From Candidatus Zixiibacteriota bacterium (GTDB lineage Bacteria > Zixibacteria > MSB-5A5 > CAIYYT01): a stretch of 14,024 nt of DNA. The translations under genes were made by a program, and so were the position numbers. The stretch covers positions 1 to 14,024 of the forward strand of contig JBECKX010000007.1 in the NCBI GenBank assembly GCA_040235515.1, given 5' to 3'. Below the pieces are notes generated by a model. That model worked only from the letters and a program-made list of their open reading frames with translations, did not search any database and was not told where the DNA came from. Every line of letters starts with the position of its first letter. The stretch's first letter is position 1. Below, piece by piece: positions 1 through 7,489 of this stretch.

Positions 1-1196
1 GCGCCAACCACTACGGGCGCTTGAAGTCGGTTATCCGCAAATCTGAGGGTGCGTGGTTGTATACGAAGGATGGACGGAAGATCCTCGATTGTCTCTCAGC
101 TTATTCCGCCGCCAACCCGGGCCATCATCACCCGGAAATCGTCGCTGCACTGGTGGAAGCCCTTCAGGGCGGTTATGGTTCGGTCCTCTCCAACGTCATC
201 TATACCGACATTCGCTCGATCTTCTTAGAGAAGCTTTGCAACCTCGTGCCGCAACTCGGCCCACGCTTCGGCGCCACCGGCAACAAGGCACTCTGCAAAA
301 ATGGCGGCGTTGAGTCAGTCGAAACCGCGATCAAGGTTGCCCGCAAGTATGGTTACCAGGAGAAGGGCATTCCCGACGGCAAACAGGAGATCATCGTCTT
401 CAGCGAAAACTTCCATGGTCGCATGATCACCATCATCTCCTTCGCCGACACACCGAAGTACAAGGAGGGTTTCGGACCGCTTACCCCCGGATTCAAGACC
501 GCCAAGTATGGCAGCCTCGATGATGTAAAGAATCTGATCACTGAAAACACCTGCGGCATCCTGGTTGAGCCGATGCAGGGAGAGGGCGGCATGAACGTCC
601 CTCCGGCCGGCTTCCTTAAAGGGCTGCGGGAACTCGCCGATCAGCATAACCTGATTCTGATTTTCGACGAAATTCAGGTCGGTCTCGGCCGTACCGGCAA
701 AGACTTCGCATTCCAGCATGAGAATGTCACCCCCGACGTCGTGATTTTGGGTAAGGCGATTTCGGGCGGCCTGGTTCCACTCTCGGCGATCGTAACCAGC
801 AGCAACCTGATGGATCTCGTGTTCACTCCGGGCACCGACGGCTCAACCTACGGCGGTTACTCGCTGGCGATGGCGGCCGGCAACGCCGCGCTCGATGTCT
901 TCAAGCGTGAACGGCTTTCAGAGAAATCGGACAAGATGGGCAAATACCTCAAGGCGAAGATCGAGAAGATCGCCGAGCGCTCATCACACGTGAAAGAAGT
1001 GCGTGGGCTGGGGTTGTTCATCGGTGTCGAGGTAAAAAATGGCGATGCGATGGTTTACTGCGAAAAACTGCTCGGGCTCGATATGCTCGCCAACGACAGC
1101 CACCATCACACCATTCGGATTTCGCCGCCGCTGATCATCAGTGAGCGCGAAGCCGACTATATCGCTGATCGACTTGAAAAGGTGCTGGTCGACTGA
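1..1196 (+). CDS. rocD: Ornithine aminotransferase-like class III PLP-dependent aminotransferase (5'-truncated by window edge)
   Basis: Frame is open from position 3 (ANHYGRLK..., compare OAT AHNYHPL), so the true start lies upstream of the window. Motifs: DCLSAYSAANPGHHHP, NFHGR, FGPLTPGF, EPMQGEGG, FDEIQVGLGRTG, LGKAISGG (PLP lysine), GSTYGG, IRISPPL. The SAYSA motif favours OAT over ArgD. Confidence 0.8.
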   Translation, partial: ANHYGRLKSVIRKSEGAWLYTKDGRKILDCLSAYSAANPGHHHPEIVAALVEALQGGYGSVLSNVIYTDIRSIFLEKLCNLVPQLGPRFGATGNKALCKNGGVESVETAIKVARKYGYQEKGIPDGKQEIIVFSENFHGRMITIISFADTPKYKEGFGPLTPGFKTAKYGSLDDVKNLITENTCGILVEPMQGEGGMNVPPAGFLKGLRELADQHNLILIFDEIQVGLGRTGKDFAFQHENVTPDVVILGKAISGGLVPLSAIVTSSNLMDLVFTPGTDGSTYGGYSLAMAAGNAALDVFKRERLSEKSDKMGKYLKAKIEKIAERSSHVKEVRGLGLFIGVEVKNGDAMVYCEKLLGLDMLANDSHHHTIRISPPLIISEREADYIADRLEKVLVD

Positions 1197-1233
1197 CGGC
1201 CAACTCGTCCTTTCGTTTAACTGCATAATTCAT

Positions 1234-1275
1234 AAAGGCTTAGCTCGAACCTTTCTCGGGCTGAGCCTTTTCTTT
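1234..1275 (+). terminator. Rho-independent terminator after rocD
   Basis: AAAGGCTTAGCTCGA (1234-1248) pairs with TCGGGCTGAGCCTTT (1256-1270) with two G-U pairs; followed by TCTTT. Confidence 0.8.
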
Positions 1276-1388
1276 GAGCGGGTGTGCGGCTTAGCGCACT
1301 TAAAACTGCTCGTCAATCGGCCAACTACTTTGTATAAGTAACGAATTGATTACCATTGATTTCTGGGCCAATGTGGAGGTTACGGTTA

Positions 1389-2057
1389 ATGACCAATTGG
1401 AAACGACTCGCAATTGCGCTGATTGCCGCTGTCACGATTCTTCTGCTTCAATTTGACTCCGGATTTTCCCAATTCAAACAAACCGGGGCCTACTATCTGG
1501 ATGATGACAGTACCTCCATCATCGATGCCAGAACCGGACGGGCAATCACCTACGTAACCCTGCTTCCCGATACCGTCCCGGCATATCTACCGCGATCTGC
1601 GTATCAGAAATTTACAAACAAGAAGTTTCATTTTCTGGAAGTCTCGCCGGACGAGCAGCGAATGGCCTTCGCCACCGGGGAAGGGGACCAATGGATGGGT
1701 GTCTTCGTGCCGGGTGGTGTCTATATGAAATTCCTCCTCTACAGTATCCAGACACGCTTCTTTGACCCCCACTGGACACCCGATAGCGAGAATCTCGCCT
1801 TTGCCTACCAGACACCCGATCGCCGACTTCACATCCAGGTCATCCGACCGCCGGAGCAGTTCGAAGAACGCTACGAAGCGCTCAACGCCTGGCAGATGCC
1901 ACGCAATGCCAACCAGGGTTTGCGTGTCGAAGGCTGGAAAGTCAGCGGTGCAGATACGAGTCTCTACTTCGTCGTGACCGACTCCCTCGGCGCTGATACC
2001 GACTCGCTCTCGATTCCACTGCGTCGCGTCCTGCCGCCGGAGCCGAAAAACGAGTAA
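1389..2057 (+). CDS. Secreted/periplasmic hypothetical protein with TolB/PD40-like beta-propeller blades
   Basis: GGAGG at 1375-1379 precedes ATG 1389, which I prefer over the ORF-track start at 1356. Signal peptide MTNWKRLAIALIAAVTILLLQFDSGFS. Two PD40-like motifs: LEVSPDEQRMAFA and PHWTPDSENLAFA. Confidence 0.65.
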   Translation: MTNWKRLAIALIAAVTILLLQFDSGFSQFKQTGAYYLDDDSTSIIDARTGRAITYVTLLPDTVPAYLPRSAYQKFTNKKFHFLEVSPDEQRMAFATGEGDQWMGVFVPGGVYMKFLLYSIQTRFFDPHWTPDSENLAFAYQTPDRRLHIQVIRPPEQFEERYEALNAWQMPRNANQGLRVEGWKVSGADTSLYFVVTDSLGADTDSLSIPLRRVLPPEPKNE

Positions 2058-2138
2058 GCGGATAGATTCGACTGCGGGGCTCCTCGACGATCGAATCTAG
2101 GATTTGCCGCCTGCGGGAGAGAAGCTTACATTCGTCGA

Positions 2139-3131
2139 ATGAGGATTTTGCTCGCCGGTGCCAATGATGCATCATTCATTCGCAGGGATGTCGCTCTGCT
2201 TTCGCGTCATCATGAGGTCACCTACTTCGATCTCCGCAGCGCAACCGCTCCTTCATTCTCTGCGCAACTCAAGCTGTTGCGCTCCACTGATCTTCTGCTC
2301 CTCTGGTTCGCCTCACCACGCTTTCTTCCGTTAACTGCGGTCGCGAGGCTCAGGCGCATACCGGTGGCAGTAATCATCGGGGGATATGAAGTCGCGTCTC
2401 TACCGGAATTCGGCTATGGCTCAGCCCGGAGTTACCCGCGCTCGATTCCAACCCGCGCCCTGTTGCGGCTGGCCGATGCCATTGCGGTTGTTTCCGACAG
2501 CTCGCAAAACTCACTCAGCAATAATCTGGGGATTGCAGATTCGCGAGTGTCGCGGGTCTACCATGGATTCGCCGACATCGCCCCCGATAGCCCGCCGCCC
2601 CGAAAGCCCTCTGTGGTTACGATCGCAACCGTTACTCGCGAGAACTGGGAGATTAAGGGGATCAGCGACTTCCTGCTGGTCGCAGAGCAGCTGCCCGCAA
2701 CCGAGTTCACATTGATCGGGGCAGTTAAGGATGATGTCGCTAGCTTGCTGGGACATGCCCCCGCCGCAAATGTCAAATTCGTCGGCGCGGTGCCGTATGA
2801 GCAGATCGGCGAGTACCTCTCCGCCGCTACCATCTACCTGCAACTCTCGCGACACGAGAGCTTCGGCTGTGCTGTCGCTGAAGCGATGCTCTGCGGCTGC
2901 ATTCCGGTCGTGGCAGATGCTTTTGCGCTACCGGAGGTGGTAGGCCAGACCGGGGTCATCCTCTCAAATCGCGACCCGAAACAGGTCGCCGCGTCGATCA
3001 GATCGCTGTTGGCTGAGCCGGGGGATAGGGGGCTGAGCGCACGCCGGCGAATCCTTGATTGCTTTTCGCCCGAAACTAGACTGCAAGGGCTGGAAGCCCT
3101 GGTTGCGCGAGCGCTGGAGGGTCACCGCTGA
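2139..3131 (+). CDS. Glycosyltransferase family 4 (GT-B fold, RfaB-like)
   Basis: N-terminal MRILL beta-strand, VAVIIGGYE, ADAIAVVS, VYHG, KG before the C-terminal domain, EX7E motif ESFGCAVAE followed by AMLCGCIPVV and LPEVVG. Confidence 0.88.
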   Translation: MRILLAGANDASFIRRDVALLSRHHEVTYFDLRSATAPSFSAQLKLLRSTDLLLLWFASPRFLPLTAVARLRRIPVAVIIGGYEVASLPEFGYGSARSYPRSIPTRALLRLADAIAVVSDSSQNSLSNNLGIADSRVSRVYHGFADIAPDSPPPRKPSVVTIATVTRENWEIKGISDFLLVAEQLPATEFTLIGAVKDDVASLLGHAPAANVKFVGAVPYEQIGEYLSAATIYLQLSRHESFGCAVAEAMLCGCIPVVADAFALPEVVGQTGVILSNRDPKQVAASIRSLLAEPGDRGLSARRRILDCFSPETRLQGLEALVARALEGHR

Positions 3132-3166
3132 GGCTCCCAGCGAGCGGGAATCACGCAAACGGTGAG

Positions 3167-3370
3167 CTAAGCGTAGAGGTCGATCAGTTGTCGTTCAAGC
3201 TGACTCAACTGATGCAGCGCTGCAATGCTCGCCTCGGCGGCGTGCTGCGCAACGATCAGATCAGACATGGCTTGCGGCAGGTCGTTCTGTTCAGGCCTGC
3301 TGGCGCGCTGGGCGGCGTCACTGAAATACTCCAGGTTGGTTCTCAGAGCAGAGACTAATGATGTGATCAA
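3167..3370 (-). CDS. Small (about 67 aa) helical protein resembling the terminal D0 helices of flagellar basal-body rod/hook proteins
   Basis: C-terminus DLPQAMSDLIVAQHAAEASIAALHQLSQLERQLIDLYA resembles the rod/hook C-terminal pattern (DLxxEMxxLIxAQRxYxAN...LLDI). On the minus strand AAGGAG lies 7 nt before TTG at 3370. Alternative GTG start at 3424. Confidence 0.6.
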   Translation of the reverse strand: MITSLVSALRTNLEYFSDAAQRASRPEQNDLPQAMSDLIVAQHAAEASIAALHQLSQLERQLIDLYA

Positions 3371-3786
3371 CTGGTTTCTCCTTCCACCATTATGATCGTC
3401 ATAGCTGGCTGCAGAAATGAGCACTTACCTTCCGCGTGCGGCTTGTTTGCCTAACCTGTTGATTGTCAGTAGTTAACGACAGGTGTCATCTCGGGGGTAG
3501 GGGCACAGGGATAAGCCAAAGCGGTTGATTCGCACATCTCCAGCAAGTTCATCGAGCAGCCGCGAAAATAACTGTGCCCACCATGCTGTTCCCGTTGTGA
3601 AGAAATGCAGGTCGCCACCTTCCCGCCGTCGGATAACCGATGGTGGCGATACAGTTCTTCGATCCCGCGGGGCTGTTCCGAACCTCCTCAGCAACGCAAA
3701 CCTCGCCTGCTCCACTCCACGTAGCAGCTCTAAACTGATCGACGGGCAAGCGTCTGCGCCACCCCTGATGCGCGCCCAATAATCGG

Positions 3787-3815
3787 TTGACAATTTGCTG
3801 GGAGGCTGATAAACT
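3787..3815 (+). promoter_or_regulatory. Sigma70-type promoter for the EF-G paralog
   Basis: TTGACA (3787-3792), 17-nt spacer, TAAACT (3810-3815). RBS GAGGAG at 3857-3862 before TTG 3869. Confidence 0.75.
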
Positions 3816-3868
3816 AACCGTTTACAAGAATCGGTAAATTGACAATTTGATCGATAGAGGAGTACCCC

Positions 3869-5950
3869 TTGAAGGAATTTCAGGCTGACCAGATCAGGAA
3901 TCTAGGCTTGGTTGGGCATGGCGCCAGCGGAAAGACTTCGCTGGCGGAAGCGATCCTTTTCACCACGAAAGCCACCAATCGACTTGGCAAGATCGAGGAT
4001 GGTTCGACCGTCTCTGACTATACCGAGGAAGAGACCAAACGCCAGATCTCGATCTCTGCTACTCTGCTCCATGGTGAACATCAGAACTGCAAGATCAACA
4101 TCGTTGATATGCCGGGCTTCGCTGACTTTATCGGCGAGGTTGTCGCAGGTTTGCGCGCCGTTGATACCGCCTTGCTGGTGGTAGACGCCTTTGCCGGACC
4201 TGAAGGTGGTTCTGAGATTGCCTTCGAGTACGCCGAAAAGTACTCCACGCCGCTCGGGATTGTCATCAACAAGATCGATAAGGAGCATGTCAATTTTGAT
4301 GGTTGCCTGGGAAAGATTCAGGATATCCTCAATCCCCGCGCCCTGCCGGTGCAGCTTCCGATCGGCGAAGCCCTTGAGTTCAAAGGGATCGTCGACCTGC
4401 TGCAGATGAAGGCCTACGAGCTGAGTGAGGATGGCTCCTCCAAAGAAACCGCGATACCGGCCGACATGGAAGGCCGTTGCAACGAAGCACGCGAAAAGCT
4501 CGTGGAAGCTGCGGCGGAGGCCGACGACAAACTGCTCGAGAAATTCTTCGAGGCCGGCGAGCTTACAGCCGAAGAACTGGAGAAGGGTCTCAAGAAGGCA
4601 ATCGCCAGTCGCGTGCTCTTTCCCGTCTTTGTTACCGCCGCCACCACCAATCGTGGAGTGAAGCAGCTGCTGGATTTTGCAGTGAAGTATCTTCCGGCGC
4701 CCACCTACCAGTCCGAGATCAATGTCCTCAAGGAGGGCAAGGTGGAGACCTGGAAGACGGGTGACGGTCAACCATTGGTCGCGTTTATCTTCAAGACGAT
4801 CGCGGAAAAGCATGTCGGGGAACTGACGCTCTTCCGCATCTATTCAGGTTCACTCAAGCCCGGTATCGAAGTTTACAACTCCAGTCGTAACCATAGCGAG
4901 AAGATCGGTCAGATCTTCACCCTCAACGGTAAAGAACGAAATGAGATGCAGGCCGTGCACTCCGGCGACCTCGGTGCATTCGTTAAGCTGAAAGATACCC
5001 ACACCGGTGACACTATTTGCGACTCCGGCAATAAGGTCCAGATTCCGCCGATCGAATTCCCGCCGGCTTCCATCGAGTTTGGTGTACATGTCGAATCGAA
5101 GGGTGATGAGGATAAAATGGGCACCGGCCTCACTTCGCTGGCGCACGAGGATCCGACTTTCTCATACAATGTCGATCCGGAGTTGAAACAGACCATCGTC
5201 CATGGGCAGGGCGAACTCCACCTCGACGTTATCATGAAGAAATTGAAAGCGAATCTCGGAATCGATGTGCAACTGGTCGAACCGAGAATCCCATATCGGG
5301 AGACGATCACCAAGAAGGGTGAAACGCAGTACCGCTACAAGAAACAGTCGGGTGGGCGCGGCCAGTTTGGCGATGTCTCTATCCGCGTCGAGCCGCTGAA
5401 ACGCGGCGGCAACTTCGAATTCGAGGATGCCATCACCGGCGGTGTGATTCCGGCCAAGTTCATCCCGTCAGTCGAGAAGGGCATCGTCGAAGCGATGGAG
5501 CAGGGCGTCATCTCCGGTAACAAGGTGGTGGACGTCAAAGTCACCCTCTTCTTCGGATCGTATCACACGGTCGACTCCTCCGATATGGCGTTTAAGATCG
5601 CAGGCTCGATGGCCTTCAAGAAAGTCGCCAGGGAGAGCGGCCCGATCCTGCTCGAACCGGTATATGACCTGGAAATCATCGTGCCCGATGACCACACCGG
5701 CGACGTGATGGGAGATATGTCCTCCCGCCGCGGCAAGATCCTCGGCATGGAGCCGCTCGGCAACGGCAAGCAGCTGGTTAAAGCCCAGGCGCCTCTGTCA
5801 GAGTTGTTTAAGTACTCCACGTCGCTGCGTTCGATGACTGGTGGCCGCGGACGGCACACGCAGAAATTCAGCCACTACGATCCGGTGCCGAAAGAAATCA
5901 CCGATAAGATCGTGGCTGCCTACGAAGCGGAACGCGCCGAAGGCAACTAA
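3869..5950 (+). CDS. fusA: Elongation factor G paralog (EF-G2 type), 693 aa
   Basis: Full five-domain EF-G architecture (GQGELHLD, YRETI, KKQSGGRGQFG, SYHTVDSSDMAF, ILLEP, LRSMTGGRG) with non-canonical G motifs (GHGASGKT, RQISI, DMPGF, NKID). Not flanked by rpsG or tuf. Confidence 0.93.
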   Translation: MKEFQADQIRNLGLVGHGASGKTSLAEAILFTTKATNRLGKIEDGSTVSDYTEEETKRQISISATLLHGEHQNCKINIVDMPGFADFIGEVVAGLRAVDTALLVVDAFAGPEGGSEIAFEYAEKYSTPLGIVINKIDKEHVNFDGCLGKIQDILNPRALPVQLPIGEALEFKGIVDLLQMKAYELSEDGSSKETAIPADMEGRCNEAREKLVEAAAEADDKLLEKFFEAGELTAEELEKGLKKAIASRVLFPVFVTAATTNRGVKQLLDFAVKYLPAPTYQSEINVLKEGKVETWKTGDGQPLVAFIFKTIAEKHVGELTLFRIYSGSLKPGIEVYNSSRNHSEKIGQIFTLNGKERNEMQAVHSGDLGAFVKLKDTHTGDTICDSGNKVQIPPIEFPPASIEFGVHVESKGDEDKMGTGLTSLAHEDPTFSYNVDPELKQTIVHGQGELHLDVIMKKLKANLGIDVQLVEPRIPYRETITKKGETQYRYKKQSGGRGQFGDVSIRVEPLKRGGNFEFEDAITGGVIPAKFIPSVEKGIVEAMEQGVISGNKVVDVKVTLFFGSYHTVDSSDMAFKIAGSMAFKKVARESGPILLEPVYDLEIIVPDDHTGDVMGDMSSRRGKILGMEPLGNGKQLVKAQAPLSELFKYSTSLRSMTGGRGRHTQKFSHYDPVPKEITDKIVAAYEAERAEGN

Positions 5951-5993
5951 TCCCGGCGGCGTTCGGCAACCGGTAGATATTCCCGCTAATTTC

Positions 5994-6027
5994 AGAGGCG
6001 AGTCAGACGGCTCGCCTCTTCTGTTTT
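5994..6027 (+). terminator. Rho-independent terminator after the EF-G paralog
   Basis: AGAGGCGAGTC-agac-GGCTCGCCTCT stem (one G-U pair) followed by TCTGTTTT. Confidence 0.8.
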
Positions 6028-6079
6028 ACTAAGGTAGATTAGGTGGAGCGAAAATCTCAAAGATTTGACCGTTTTCCTG

Positions 6080-6108
6080 TTGCGTTGACCGATAGAATCG
6101 AGTAATAA
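6080..6108 (+). promoter_or_regulatory. Candidate sigma70 promoter for the first beta-barrel gene
   Basis: TTGCGT (6080-6085), 17-nt spacer, TAATAA (6103-6108), just downstream of a terminator. Confidence 0.5.
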
Positions 6109-6165
6109 GAGCCGCAAGAATTCTGGAACAACCGGAACAGCAACCACCGGTTCAACCAAACTCAG

Positions 6166-6204
6166 ACACCGAACCGTTAAAGCGAATCGATACAGCGAAC
6201 CGAT
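6166..6204 (+). repeat. Three imperfect tandem 13-nt repeats
   Basis: ACACCGAACCGTT / AAAGCGAATCGAT / ACAGCGAACCGAT, with the core CGAAYCG at 6170, 6183 and 6196. Confidence 0.65.
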
Positions 6205-6356
6205 CCGGTACTTACTACAGGAGGTGCTCAGCGGCCCGGAGGGTCCTACTGGCTGGTAACACTATTTTCAAAGCAACTTGGGGGTTAATTCTCACGACCG
6301 AAAATAAGATAAACGAATCAAGTTAGAGAAGTTTACTCAAACGGAAGGAAGCAACC

Positions 6357-7001
6357 TTGAAGAAGACCATCATCATCTGCACTTTGATCTGTTTTGCCCT
6401 CGGCGCTCCGGCCATGGCGAACCTGAAGAGCCTCATGTGTGTCGGACCCTATGTCGGCTATACCCTGGGATTCGGCGATGCGTTTAAAGATTTCGAAGGC
6501 CCCGGTTACAAGTTCTCTTCTGACGCCGGTATCACCTTCGGCGGTCAGTTTCATTATGGTTTGAGCGATAAGATGATGCTTGGCGGAGAACTGTATGTTC
6601 AGCAGTACTCCTTCAAGTGGAACTACGATACCGATTTCCCGATTTTCAAGGGTCAGCAAAACGCCGGCTTCGCCAAGAAGTTCGATCTCTCCGAAGCCAA
6701 CTATGAGATCTCAGACTCCGAAATGAAGCTCAATTTCCTGGCCAGCGCCCTCTATGCTCTCTCCTATATGCAGAAAGCTATGCTGATGGCAAACTTCGGT
6801 GCCGGTATCTATGACAATGGCGAATCGAATATTGGTATCTTCGGCGGTATCGTCTACCAGCGCATGGTAGCCGCCACGATGTCGTTCTACCTCATGCCGC
6901 GCGTTCACTACATCTTCTCAGACGCAAGCGCGTTCATGCTCCAGCTGGCGGTTGGCATCAACTTCTGGCTTGGCAGCTCCGGTGCCCCGATCAGCAACTA
7001 A
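6357..7001 (+). CDS. Outer-membrane beta-barrel protein 1 (small, probably 8-stranded)
   Basis: TTG start after GGAAGGAAG; signal peptide ending AMA; alternating aromatic/Gly strands (GITFGGQFHYG, MLGGELYVQQY, FYLMPRVHYIF, LQLAVGINFWL). Confidence 0.8.
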   Translation: MKKTIIICTLICFALGAPAMANLKSLMCVGPYVGYTLGFGDAFKDFEGPGYKFSSDAGITFGGQFHYGLSDKMMLGGELYVQQYSFKWNYDTDFPIFKGQQNAGFAKKFDLSEANYEISDSEMKLNFLASALYALSYMQKAMLMANFGAGIYDNGESNIGIFGGIVYQRMVAATMSFYLMPRVHYIFSDASAFMLQLAVGINFWLGSSGAPISN

Positions 7002-7055
7002 CCTGTTGTCGGAGAAGAGTTAACCGGGTTTATTGGCATTCCCGGCACAGCTAAC

Positions 7056-7090
7056 GGGTGCGGATTTAGATAATTCGCACCCTCCTTTTT
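7056..7090 (+). terminator. Rho-independent terminator after beta-barrel 1
   Basis: GGGTGCGGATT-tagat-AATTCGCACCC (one G-U pair) followed by TCCTTTTT. Confidence 0.78.
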
Positions 7091-7489
7091 GCCCAAATCG
7101 AACAACCGTCGTAGCCTTAACTGGATCAAACCGGGGTATTTTTTCCCTTCTTATTGCCTGCGCGGCAACACCTTAACTAATTTCTTACAATATTTTTGTT
7201 GATTCGCTATTTGCGATTCAATTATTTCTTGCCACCGGATTGGAAAAGCTGGGCGGCGCGTCCATCACCGCTCCCGGCGCATTTCGAGTCCCTGCAAGGA
7301 GAAGTGAGACCGGAACCTTAATTCTGGAATTTGAAAACCATGCCGGCCTGATCTGGCTGTGCTCCGGCGCTGATCGAAACGGCGAACGCTCGCCGCAATC
7401 ACGCCAAAGATCTCGCACGCACTCTGTTTCTTTGAACCGACTTTGTTTTGATATACAGGGAAGATGACCTTAAACTGAAAGGAATTCCA

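Noticed and set aside
1301..1327. TAAA-N15-GCCAACTA as a second sigma28 promoter
   Set aside because: Only 5 of 8 matches in the -10 box and the core CGA is missing; TCGTCA-17-TATAAG (1310-1338) is an equally plausible alternative.
3473..3793. Three overlapping short ORFs (76-106 aa) in the intergenic region
   Set aside because: Arg/Ser-rich, no recognisable motif or convincing RBS, mutually overlapping, and one overlaps the fusA promoter.
3902..4813. 303-aa antisense ORF, and similar antisense ORFs over yebC, ruvB and queA
   Set aside because: Shadow frames of conserved genes, expected from codon bias in GC-rich DNA.
6121..6204. Possible CRISPR or mini-array
   Set aside because: Units are only 13 nt, contiguous, without unique spacers, and no cas genes are present.
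7345..7412. Resemblance to a hammerhead ribozyme or c-di-GMP riboswitch (CTGAT..GAAAC, GGCGAAC..GCCAAAG)
   Set aside because: The required core sequences and flanking helices cannot be formed.
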